This document shows positions 22,563 through 31,800 of a DNA stretch of 64,000 nt, piece by piece. Position numbers and translations under genes: made by a program. The stretch spans positions 96,001 to 160,000 of the forward strand of contig CAVYSW010000010.1 in assembly GCA_963771275.1 (NCBI GenBank), given 5' to 3'. The notes under the pieces were generated by a model. It worked only from the letters and a program-made list of their open reading frames with translations, did not search any database and was not told where the DNA came from. The stretch comes from an uncultured Gemmatimonadales bacterium (GTDB taxonomy: Bacteria; Gemmatimonadota; Gemmatimonadetes; Gemmatimonadales; GWC2-71-9). Each line of letters begins with the position of its first letter. Positions within the stretch are counted from its first letter, which is position 1.

Positions 22563-24329
22563 CTACTCCAGCGTGGTTTCCTTCTTGCCGGCGTCCGGGG
22601 CCGGAGCCCACAGACTCCCGAATCGGTAGCTGATGGCCAGGAACACTGCGCCGAAGCTGAGCGAGAGGAGAATGCGCCACACCGGCTCCACCTGGCTGAG
22701 GTCGAAGAGGACGAGCTTCGCGGCCGCGAGGAACAGCGTGGCGAGGCCTATGTTGCGGGCCCGCTTGAGCAGCAGCAGCACGGCGAGACCGTAGACGCCC
22801 CACGCGGCGGTCGCGATCCCCCCGCCCGCGGGAAGCGCGGTCAGCTCGCGCCACAGCCAGCCGAGGATCGCAGCATGCGCGATCAACCGGTACCATGACC
22901 TCGCACGCGCGTCCACCCACCATGACGCGGCCAGTCCCGCGGCGATCACGCCCGCATCGGCCAGCGCCCGCACATTGAGCACCGCCGCCGCCGGGAGGGG
23001 ATCCCCGACGAAGCGCTGCAGCAGCCAGACGGCCACGATCGCCCACAGCAAATGCCCCGCAGCGCCGATGCCGCGGTCGTCGAGCCGGGTGGCGAGCACG
23101 TGCAGTCCGGCCGCTTCCACCGCCCACAGCACGATCTGCAGGTTCCCGCGTGTCAGCAAGGCAATGGCGATCGCCGTGAGCACCGCGCCCGTCAGCGCGT
23201 GGGCCGACGCGAGCATCGCGACGTTCCGCTCGCGGCGCAGGCGCCACGTCCCCGCGGCGTACAGCGCGGCGCCGGCGAGGACGAGGAGGCCCCAGAGCCG
23301 ATCTCCGGCCGCCCAGACCGACCGCGACGCGAACAGCGCGGCCACCACCGTCGCCAGAACGAGCACTGCGAGATCCAGCTGGGTGAGGTCCTCCCCCGCG
23401 CCGCGTGCCTTCATGGCCAAGCCGGGGGCCGGCGGCCAGCGCGGCGGGTCGCGCCCCGCCAGGACTTCGCGGGCCACCGGCACGAGCCAGAACAGCAGCC
23501 AGAGCACCAGGATACCGGCCTGGAGCGCCAGCCGGTTGGCGGCGGTGTCGGTGTCGAAGCCGAGCGCCAGCACCATCCAGCCGCCGGCGGCCGTCAGCCA
23601 GAGCAGCGAGCGCCACCCCTTGACCAGATAGATCGCGCTCGTCCCAATGAGAAGGACGGACGAATACGCCACCAGGCTCGGCACTGTTCCGGCGTCGGTG
23701 TAGAGGAAGAACGGTGTGCCGAGCCCGCCGATCGCCGCCAGCCCCGCGAGCGCCGCCTCGTCCTGCCGCACGCCCACCCAGAACGCGAACAGCGTGACCA
23801 GCACCATGAACGTGAACGCCACCGGGTAGCTCACGACGTGCAGCAGCTGAAACGCGGCGAAGCCCGTGATGTACCAGGTGGCGATCGCGCCGCCCAACAT
23901 GATCTGGCTGAACCAGCGCTGGCGTGCCTGCACCCGGTACCCGATGACCGCGAGCGCGATGCCGAGGGCCAGACCGAACGCGACGCGGATCGACGGGCCG
24001 AGCCAGCCGCGGTCCACCGCATACTTGAACAGGAACGCAACGCCCGCGAGCAGCAGGGCGATGCCCACGCGGCTGATCCAGTATTGGGGTCCGCGCTCGA
24101 GCAGCGTGGCGACGACCCCGAGCCTGGGTACCGGGGCCGCCGCCGCGTCCTCCCGCGGGACCGCCGGCTGGGCGATGCCGCGCGCGGCTGGCGCGGGGCG
24201 GCTCTGAGCGCCCGCTTCACGGCGCGCCACGGCCGTGATCAGGCCCCTGACCGTCTCCCGGAGATTGTCGACCGCCGTTTCGAGAGCACGGAGCCGCTCA
24301 TCGACCGACCGGTCCGGCAAGTCGCCCAT
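22563..24329 (-). CDS. DUF2339-like polytopic membrane protein
   Basis: N-terminal coiled coil, WISRVGIALLLAGVAFLFKYAVDRGWLGP, many TMs, and KLVLFDL...RILL at the C-terminus. Confidence 0.85.
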   Translation of the reverse strand: MGDLPDRSVDERLRALETAVDNLRETVRGLITAVARREAGAQSRPAPAARGIAQPAVPREDAAAAPVPRLGVVATLLERGPQYWISRVGIALLLAGVAFLFKYAVDRGWLGPSIRVAFGLALGIALAVIGYRVQARQRWFSQIMLGGAIATWYITGFAAFQLLHVVSYPVAFTFMVLVTLFAFWVGVRQDEAALAGLAAIGGLGTPFFLYTDAGTVPSLVAYSSVLLIGTSAIYLVKGWRSLLWLTAAGGWMVLALGFDTDTAANRLALQAGILVLWLLFWLVPVAREVLAGRDPPRWPPAPGLAMKARGAGEDLTQLDLAVLVLATVVAALFASRSVWAAGDRLWGLLVLAGAALYAAGTWRLRRERNVAMLASAHALTGAVLTAIAIALLTRGNLQIVLWAVEAAGLHVLATRLDDRGIGAAGHLLWAIVAVWLLQRFVGDPLPAAAVLNVRALADAGVIAAGLAASWWVDARARSWYRLIAHAAILGWLWRELTALPAGGGIATAAWGVYGLAVLLLLKRARNIGLATLFLAAAKLVLFDLSQVEPVWRILLSLSFGAVFLAISYRFGSLWAPAPDAGKKETTLE

Positions 24330-24347
24330 CGCACCTCCCCGTCCGCC

Positions 24348-24689
24348 CTACCCGCGGACGCCCACGACGGCGTTCCCCGTGGGGTTGTCGTTCGTGGGGC
24401 CTCCCATCTTGGCCCAGATCATCCCGATCCAGCGCCGCGCGTCGCCTTGGGGCGCCAGGCCGTGACGATCCCACCAGGTCCGGCCGGTGGGCCGGATGCG
24501 CAGGTAGCTGAGGGGCTCCAGCTTGATGTCGGTGCCGCCCAGGTTGATGGTCGCGCGCGAGGTGCTGTTCGTCACGACGAGGAGATCGCCCCGATCCTCG
24601 AGCGTCATGCCCGGCTGAGCCATCTGCATGTAGCCCTTTTTCCGGTCCTCGACGAGGACGTCTCCTTGGATGGTCACGATCCGTATCAT
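24348..24689 (-). CDS. Small (113 aa) FecR-like domain protein
   Basis: GGAGGTGG RBS then ATG 24689; I..IQGDV.V, A..GM.L...D...T...SRA.I, and a C-terminal PTGNAVVGVRG resembling the FecR T..AV.GVRG motif. Confidence 0.65.
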   Translation of the reverse strand: MIRIVTIQGDVLVEDRKKGYMQMAQPGMTLEDRGDLLVVTNSTSRATINLGGTDIKLEPLSYLRIRPTGRTWWDRHGLAPQGDARRWIGMIWAKMGGPTNDNPTGNAVVGVRG

Positions 24690-24882
24690 CGTTCCACCTC
24701 CTCGTGGTTGAGCCAACCAGCGCCGGTCCAACGTGATCGGGCAAGACCGGCGCCCGCGATCATAAGGTGCGGCGCGCGCAGTGCGCTCGCAACCGCCCCT
24801 GGGTGCGACCTGTCCCTGCGGCGCGACCGGCGGTGTACTTTGGAGTTCAGAGTTGCGATTCCGACCTTTTACTGGGGGATCG

Positions 24883-26604
24883 ATGAACCGAGGGGACTCG
24901 ACGCGTCGCACTGTCCGGGGGTTGGTGGGGCTCCTGGTTGCCACGGCGGTTGGACCGCGTGCGGCAACGGCGCAAGTCCGGCTGGTGCCCTTCGTGGGGA
25001 CGTTCGAGCCTCTGGGGGGCCTCGGTAGTCCTTCGGCGGCCAACGCGCAGAACGGTGTGTCGGCCGGGCAGACGCACGCCATGGCGTTCGGGATCGCGGC
25101 TGGTGGCAACCTCACGGGCATGTTCGGCGTGGAAGGCGCCGTAACCCTCGCTCCGTCGGGACTCGGCATCCACGTCCGGGAACCGACCACCGGCGGTGAG
25201 TTCACGCTGGTGCAGAAGGGCTGGATTCTACTGGCGAGCGCGCTCGCGGTGATGGGCCGGCCTGCGGACGGGTCCTACGGTGTCGCCGGCGTCGGCGTCC
25301 AGAAGCGGTGGGGGACGGCGTGGCAGGGTGTGGCAGGCGGTGACCTGTGGTCGGTGGGCGGGGTGTTCGGCATCGGAACCGCGGCCCGCCTGACCGATCG
25401 CTGGCGGTTGGACCTCCGTGCCGAGCTGCGGTTGTACGGCTTCGATCCGGATGGCGGGGGCACGGATTTCGGGTCGTCCCTGGCAACCGACCTGCTCGTT
25501 CGGGTGGGTGTTCCCCTGGCGCTCGGGCAGCCCCGGCGGGCGGACGCGGCGGCGGCGCCGGCTGCACGGAGGGTGGCCACGCGCGACACCGTCGCGGCCG
25601 TCGCGGAGCCTCCGGGGGCCGACCTCCCGCTCGGTGAATCCGTGGTCGCGGTCGCCGCCGGCGGGCGCCAGACCTGCGCCCGCACATCCGCCGGCACCGT
25701 GCGCTGCTGGGGCGCGGCCGGCGGCGCTCCGGCGCCGCGGGTCGACGCCGCACCGTCGCGGGCCGGCGTTACCACCCCGGCGTTGGCGGCGGGCCGCGAG
25801 CACGCGTGTGCCCTGAGCGGCCGTATCGCCCTGTGCTGGGGGAGCAATGCCGCCGGACAACTTGGAACAGACGACCAGCGTGCCCGCGAACACCGCATCA
25901 CCGGCGTCGAGCTCACCGCCCTGGCCGCGGGAGACGAGCACACATGCGGCATCACGGCGGACGGGGCGGTGCTGTGCTGGGGCGCGAACGACCGGGGCCA
26001 GCTGGGGGACGGGTCGACCCGCCGCCGAGCGCGACCGGCGCCGATCGCCGCGAAAGGCCGGTTCACGAGCGTGGCGGCCGGAGGCGACCACACCTGCGCG
26101 CTGCGCCAGGACGGGGTCGTGCTGTGCTGGGGCGACAACTGGTCGGGCCAGGTGGGGAGCGACATGATCGAGTCGATTCCTCAGCCGACCGAGATCGCGG
26201 GGGGGCGCCGCTTCGTGCAGCTCGCCGCGGGCGCCCGGCACACCTGCGCGCTCGACGCCCGAGGTGTGGCATGGTGCTGGGGGGCGAACGCTGCGGGCCA
26301 GCTCGGGGATGGCGGCCGGCGTCAGCGCAATCGGGCGTCCGCGGTGTCGGGCCCGGCGCGCTTCACCGTCGTCGCGGCCGGTGGGGACCACACCTGTGGG
26401 CTCACCGCGGAGGGGGAAGCATGGTGCTGGGGGCGCGGGCGTGACGGCGAGCTCGGCGATGGGGCGTCCGCCGACCGCGCCGTGCCGGTCCCCGCGCGCG
26501 GCGACTCCCGGTTCGCACAGCTGGCGGTGGGGGACCGCCATTCCTGCGGGCTCACCACCGACGGCCGCTTGCTGTGCTGGGGGGACTCCAGGGGGGCCCG
26601 CTGA
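24883..26604 (+). CDS. Outer-membrane beta-barrel fused to a C-terminal 7-blade RCC1/BLIP-II-like propeller
   Basis: Signal peptide (ATA/Q); ~180 aa of amphipathic strands paralogous to 26660-27298; Ala-rich linker; seven AG..HTC...CWG.N..GQLG repeats. Confidence 0.85.
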   Translation: MNRGDSTRRTVRGLVGLLVATAVGPRAATAQVRLVPFVGTFEPLGGLGSPSAANAQNGVSAGQTHAMAFGIAAGGNLTGMFGVEGAVTLAPSGLGIHVREPTTGGEFTLVQKGWILLASALAVMGRPADGSYGVAGVGVQKRWGTAWQGVAGGDLWSVGGVFGIGTAARLTDRWRLDLRAELRLYGFDPDGGGTDFGSSLATDLLVRVGVPLALGQPRRADAAAAPAARRVATRDTVAAVAEPPGADLPLGESVVAVAAGGRQTCARTSAGTVRCWGAAGGAPAPRVDAAPSRAGVTTPALAAGREHACALSGRIALCWGSNAAGQLGTDDQRAREHRITGVELTALAAGDEHTCGITADGAVLCWGANDRGQLGDGSTRRRARPAPIAAKGRFTSVAAGGDHTCALRQDGVVLCWGDNWSGQVGSDMIESIPQPTEIAGGRRFVQLAAGARHTCALDARGVAWCWGANAAGQLGDGGRRQRNRASAVSGPARFTVVAAGGDHTCGLTAEGEAWCWGRGRDGELGDGASADRAVPVPARGDSRFAQLAVGDRHSCGLTTDGRLLCWGDSRGAR

Positions 26605-26609
26605 AACGA

Positions 26610-26639
26610 CGAGGGGCACACCGGCCGGTGCGCCCCTCG
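26610..26639. terminator. Hairpin between convergent genes
   Basis: CGAGGGGC-A-CACCG / CGGTG-C-GCCCCTCG inverted repeat with one mismatch. Confidence 0.55.
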
Positions 26640-26659
26640 CCACTCAGGTCATCACACCG

Positions 26660-27298
26660 TTACCGGCTCGGGAACGGGATGCCCACCTTGAGCACGATGT
26701 CGGGCCGGAACTTGGCACCGAAACTCGTGCTGCTCCCGCCGTCCGGGTCGAACGAGTAGCCATGCGCTTCGGCCTGGATCTCGAGCGCGAACTTGGGCGC
26801 CACGCGCGCGATCACGCCGAGTCCCAGCACGCCGCCGAACGACATCTTCTCGGAGCTCGTGTAGCCGGTCCACGCGCTGCCGCCGCGATACACGATGCCC
26901 GGGCCGAGCAACAGGAAGAAGTTCGAATTGCGGGGCCGGAACTTGAGGACCAGGTCCCCCATCATGATCCAGCCGTTGAGGTTCTCACTGGTGAGGCAGA
27001 GGCCGGGGAAGTTGGTGGGATCGAAGTTGCAGGCGCGGACGAACGCGTCGCTGGCGACGAACGTACCGGCGAGCTGCACGCCCAGCTGGTCCGAGAACAT
27101 GAAGCCGAAGCTCGCGCCGCCGCCCATGCCCTGGTTCTGAACCGCGTCGATCTGCCCCGACGTGCCGAGGTTCCCCACCGGGTAGTACCCGGCGAAGAAC
27201 GGCGTGACCTGCACCTGTGCCGAGAGCGGTGCGGCGCCCATCGCCCCGATGACCAGCAGCACCGCGCCGAAACCCGACATCCGTAGACGCATGCTCAT
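26660..27298 (-). CDS. Small outer-membrane beta-barrel protein
   Basis: Signal peptide (LSA/Q); alternating strands QVTPFFAGYYP, FFLLLGPGIVYR, FGGVLGLG and DIVLKVGIPF. Confidence 0.8.
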   Translation of the reverse strand: MSMRLRMSGFGAVLLVIGAMGAAPLSAQVQVTPFFAGYYPVGNLGTSGQIDAVQNQGMGGGASFGFMFSDQLGVQLAGTFVASDAFVRACNFDPTNFPGLCLTSENLNGWIMMGDLVLKFRPRNSNFFLLLGPGIVYRGGSAWTGYTSSEKMSFGGVLGLGVIARVAPKFALEIQAEAHGYSFDPDGGSSTSFGAKFRPDIVLKVGIPFPSR

Positions 27299-27327
27299 CG
27301 ACGCCCCCGTGGGAAGGAAGTGGGCCC

Positions 27328-27356
27328 AATATGCGGCGCCGGCCCGTACTCGACAA
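27328..27356 (-). promoter_or_regulatory. Sigma70-like promoter for the beta-barrel gene
   Basis: Minus strand TTGTCG, 17 bp, CATATT. Confidence 0.4.
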
Positions 27357-27426
27357 GACAGTACCGCTTTCGCCAGTCGCGACGCTTCCGTAGGTTGGGG
27401 ACCACGTGGTTTCGGGGAGATGGCGC

Positions 27427-28326
27427 ATGAGCGTTCTGGGTGAGGCCGGTCGGACCCGGTTGAGCATCCCGGCGGTGCGGCCGGATCGGCCCGTCGATCC
27501 GTTCCTCGCGGCCGTGCGCGAGGCCGCCGGCGCGGATTATACCGTCTACGGGGAGATCGGCCGGGCTGGGGACGGCAGCATCGGGTACCTGGCGCGCGAC
27601 ACGCGGCGCGACGGTCTGGTCGCGCTCAAGCTGGCCTGCCGCCCGGGCGCGCCGGAGGAGTTCGAGCTCGAGGTCGTGCAGGAGCTGCGGGACGATCTCC
27701 CGGCGTTCGACAAGTTCTGCGCGAAGTGCGGCGGCGCCCTGCGCGCGTGGGGCCGGTTCTGCCCGCATTGCGGCGCGGAGGTCTTCGGGGACGTCGGGCC
27801 GTGGTCCCCGGAGGAGATGCGCCAGGCGGTGCTGGACTTCGCCGGCGACCGCTACGACATCCTCGGCGAGATGCGCAGTCAGGGCGGCCGGATCTACTTC
27901 GCGCTCGAGAAGGCGTCGGGCCGGATCGAGGCCTTGCGGCTGGAGAAGAAGGGTGCGGAGGAGTTCGCGCTCGGACTCACCGGCGTGCTGAAGCCGATCG
28001 TCCAGGGCGCTGCGCCGCCCCCCCCGCCCCCGCCCCCGCCCCCCCGGCCGCGCGCGGCGCCGCCCCCGGCGCCCCCCGGGATCTCCGCGGCACGCGTCGA
28101 GCCGGCGCGCCCCGGGTTGACGGCGCCCCCGCTCGCTGCCCGGCCGCGCCCTGCGGTGCCGCCGGCGCCGCCACGCCCGCCCGCTCGGGCTGCACGCCCG
28201 TGGGATGAGTGGATTGCACGCGCGCGCCCGCTGTGGGACGACCTGCTGCAGAGCCCCGCAGCCATCGTGGCCCTCGTCGTCATCGGCATTCTGGTGTTGG
28301 TGCTGGTGCTCGCGCTGGTCACCTGA
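27427..28326 (+). CDS. Tail-anchored protein: two kinase N-lobe-like fragments flanking a double zinc ribbon, Pro-rich linker, C-terminal TM
   Basis: YTVYGEIGRAGDGSIGYLARD...LVALKL; CAKC..CPHC; YDILGEM...IYFALEKASGRIEALRL; no HRD or DFG; terminal hydrophobic helix. Confidence 0.75.
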   Translation: MSVLGEAGRTRLSIPAVRPDRPVDPFLAAVREAAGADYTVYGEIGRAGDGSIGYLARDTRRDGLVALKLACRPGAPEEFELEVVQELRDDLPAFDKFCAKCGGALRAWGRFCPHCGAEVFGDVGPWSPEEMRQAVLDFAGDRYDILGEMRSQGGRIYFALEKASGRIEALRLEKKGAEEFALGLTGVLKPIVQGAAPPPPPPPPPPRPRAAPPPAPPGISAARVEPARPGLTAPPLAARPRPAVPPAPPRPPARAARPWDEWIARARPLWDDLLQSPAAIVALVVIGILVLVLVLALVT

Positions 28327-28384
28327 GCGGCCCCGGTCGCGCGGCGGCGGCACGGCCCGCCGCGCACCCGAGGCCGCCGGTCTG

Positions 28385-28858
28385 CTACTGACAGGTGTCG
28401 CGCGTCCGGGCGACCTGGAACTGCACCCGACTGCCGGTCTTGGGAACCCGCACGATCTCCAGCGGGAAGACGTCGATGTCCAGTTGGTTGCAGGCCGTCG
28501 TGATCGTCACGAAGGCGCGGAAGATGTCCTTCTGTGTCCCGACGCTATCCACGTGGATCCGGTCGCCGGCCTTCATGCGCCCGGCCGCCGCGATCAGCAG
28601 CATCTCCTTGTCGAAGTCGACGTTCGGGAGCGACGGCGGATTGGGATTGGTCGAGGTCACGCGCTCCCACTGGCGCTGCCAGTCGAGCGCGTCGGTGACT
28701 GCGACGTAGGACGAGTCCTGCAAGCCACCGGCGTCGTCCTGGTAGACGATCGCCTCGGGCGCCACCGGCCGGAACGGCGTGGACACCACGATGGCGCGGG
28801 AGCACGCGCTCCCGGTGAGGCCGGCGGCAGTCAGCAGTAGCGGAATCCAGGGTTTCAT
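28385..28858 (-). CDS. Lipoprotein with PrcB-C-like domain
   Basis: GSA-C lipobox; W..QW...P.LPNVDFDKEMLL...G and P..IVRVPK pattern; starts 40 bp after the tssM stop. Confidence 0.7.
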   Translation of the reverse strand: MKPWIPLLLTAAGLTGSACSRAIVVSTPFRPVAPEAIVYQDDAGGLQDSSYVAVTDALDWQRQWERVTSTNPNPPSLPNVDFDKEMLLIAAAGRMKAGDRIHVDSVGTQKDIFRAFVTITTACNQLDIDVFPLEIVRVPKTGSRVQFQVARTRDTCQ

Positions 28859-28898
28859 CGGTCAGCGCCCTCGTGGCGTCGGCGTCCCGTGGTGCCGG

Positions 28899-31800
28899 TT
28901 ACGGTCGGCACACGAGCCGCGAGAAGTAGCCCGGTTGTAGGAGGGGTTCTCCCACCGGGGTGATGCTGCCTTCCACGGCATATGTCGTTCCCTCCCGCTG
29001 GATGTTCCACACGACCCGGAACTCGCCGCGGGAGCGCGCCTCCCAGCGCGCCTGCCCGAACAGCCGGAAGACGCCCCACTGCTCGGGATAGCTGAGAATC
29101 TCGAGGTCCCGGCCTCCCACAGTGACGGACAGCGACGCGCCGCGCGCCTGCTCGGCGACCCACTGGAACACTTCGCTCTGGGTGGCGTTGCTCTGCGTGC
29201 GGCTCATCGGGTGCCCATCGATCACGAGCTTGACGCCCCGCGTGCCGGGCGGCGGGGACAACCGCACCGAGAAGCCGAGCCGGGGTCCCTGACCCTGGGC
29301 GTCGAACCACGTGTTCGCCACGCGCATGGCGCGGTTGTAGAAATCCACGAACGCGCGCGAGATCGCGGGGTTCGGGGCGTTCAGCACGTACTCGTTCGCG
29401 CGCCGCACGAGCGCGCCGCCGAGCGCCTCGGCGTTGAGCCGCGCCAGCTCCCCGTCCTGCGGGTGGAAGATCCGGGCCACGTCGCGCAGCTGGGCCGCCG
29501 ATCCCGCGGCGCTGAACGGGAACCGCGTCATCACCTGGTTGTAGTCGGTGCAGACTGCGCGGATCTGCCCGGCGATCTGCTGCCCCGGCAGCCGCTGCAG
29601 CAGCGCCTCCACCCGGGCGAGCGGATCGTCGAGCAGGCGCCGCATGCTGCCGCCCACGTCCGCCGCCTCGTCCGCGCTGCTGAAGGTCCGCACGAGATCC
29701 TGCGCGGCGCCGCGCGCGGCATTTGCCTGGCCGAGGGCCGCCGTGCGCTCAGGATCCCCACCGGCCGAAACCTGCTGCAGCGCCCGCGCGAGCGCGTCCA
29801 GCGCCGTGACGTAGCTGCGATTCGCCTCCACGATGAGCTGGTCGCCCGCGGCCGGCATCACGGCGTGCACCGGCTGGAACACGCGTCCCAGCACGACGGA
29901 GTCCACGCCGGTGTTGGCCGAGACCACGGCAAGCAGCTGCAGCAGCGGCGACCGCGGCGCGGCGAGCGCCGTGATGCCGGTGGCGGCGCCACCCACCCCG
30001 CCGGGGAGCGTCACCTGGGCCGCTCGCAGGAAGTTGCGCCACTGCGTCACGTAGTCCGCCTCGTAGCGCGCGCGCAGCGTGCGTGTGAGGTCGCCGGCGT
30101 TGCCCCCCGCCGCCGCCTGGCAGCTCAGCGCCTGATAGATCCAGTCCTCGCCCGGCGCACTGAGCTCCCCCTTCGCGAACGCGTCGTGGACCAGCCGCCA
30201 GCCGTCGGCGCTGAACGCCGGCGGCACCTCAGCCGTCACGCGGACCAGCGCGTCCGTGAACCGGATCGGCGGCCGGCCTCCGGCCGCTCGGCTGAGCAGC
30301 GACTGGTAGACCCGGTCGACGTCGCTGAACCCGGTCAGCATGGTGCACGCGCGCGTCGCGAGCATCGCGTCCGGCGCGACCGCGCAGGTCGTGCCGCCGC
30401 CGCACAGCTCGCCGCCGTAGAACCGCAGCTGGCGAACGGCGATCGTCCGATCCTCGCCCTCGAGTCGCACGCCCACCGGCGAGCGTCGCAGCAGCGCCTC
30501 GCCGGCGTCCGGCGTGAGGTGGTCGGGCTGAGACGTCACCATCAGGTAGGCGGCCACGCGCCCGTTGGCGCTGTCCAGCGAGACGCCCTCGACGTTCGCG
30601 GTGAGCGCCGTGAGCTCCCGCCGCACCGAGTCGCGGATGCCGTTGAGGAGGAACGACTGCAACGCGTTCCAGTAGACGGACCGGGCCGGGGCGGCCATCG
30701 CGGCGCCGCGGTAGAGACCCCACCGCAGACGCCAGGGCGGCCCGTGCTCCGCGTAGCCGTGCAGCGTCTCGAGCTGGGTCCGCAGCGCGTCGAGAGCGCG
30801 CAGCGCGAGCGGCAGCGGCTCCGAGGCCGCCATCCCGTGCACGGCTTGCGCGGCGCGCACCACGCGCGAGGAGAGCAGGCGGTTGCCGATGAACGAGACG
30901 GTGAAGCCGAGCGCGAACACCAGCCCGAGCGCCGCGACGGAGGCGAAGGCGACGCGCCGCAGCTGGCGCAGCCCGTGACCGGACTGGGTGAGGCCGAGCG
31001 CGACGCGATCCCGCTGGATGACCTCGTGGAACAACCCGTTGAGGAACAGCCACTGCGGCACACGTCGTCCCGGTCCCCGCGGGGGCTCGGCCTGCCGGGC
31101 CAGCGCGGCGCGCTCTTCCGCGGTGAGCACCTGCGTGGCCCGCACGGCGCCGGCGTCCGCCGACGGCGCGGCCGCGGCGGGCGCCCCGTCCACGACGATC
31201 GCGCGCACCCCGGCGAGATAGAAGCCCCGCAGGAACGGGCTCACCTCGAGCTGTCGTGGGCGGCACAGCTCGACGAGAAACTGGTCGGCCAGCGGCGCGA
31301 GCTTGCGCAGCTCGCGCGGAAACTCGTACGCGGTCGCCCGGTCCGCGCCGCCGGCGATGCGCGGCAGAAGGCGCAGCCGTTGCGCCGCGAGCGATCCGAT
31401 CAGCTCCTCGAGCGCGGCGCTGACGCGCTGGTGTTCCCGATCGGCGTGGGCGCCCGCCGCGATCGGTGGAGCCAGCCGCAGCGTGGCGCCGACCGCCTGC
31501 CGGCCCTCCTCGCCGGCCAGTTGGCCGACGAACTCCGGGAAGCAGCGGATGCGATCCGCTTTGGTGAAGATCACGTAGACGGGGAGCCGGATGCCCAGCG
31601 TCCGGGAGACGGTGGAGAGCCGCTCGCGCAGCACGCGAGCCGCGTTCACGACGGGCTCCTGGTCGCCCTTGACCAGGTCCTCGCAGCTGAAGCACACCAC
31701 GGCGGCCCGCGGCGGCTGCGGGCGACCGGCCAGCACGGCGGCGAGCCGCTTGGGCCGCAGCCGCTGCACCAGGTGGCCCCAGCGGCCGGGATCACCCACC

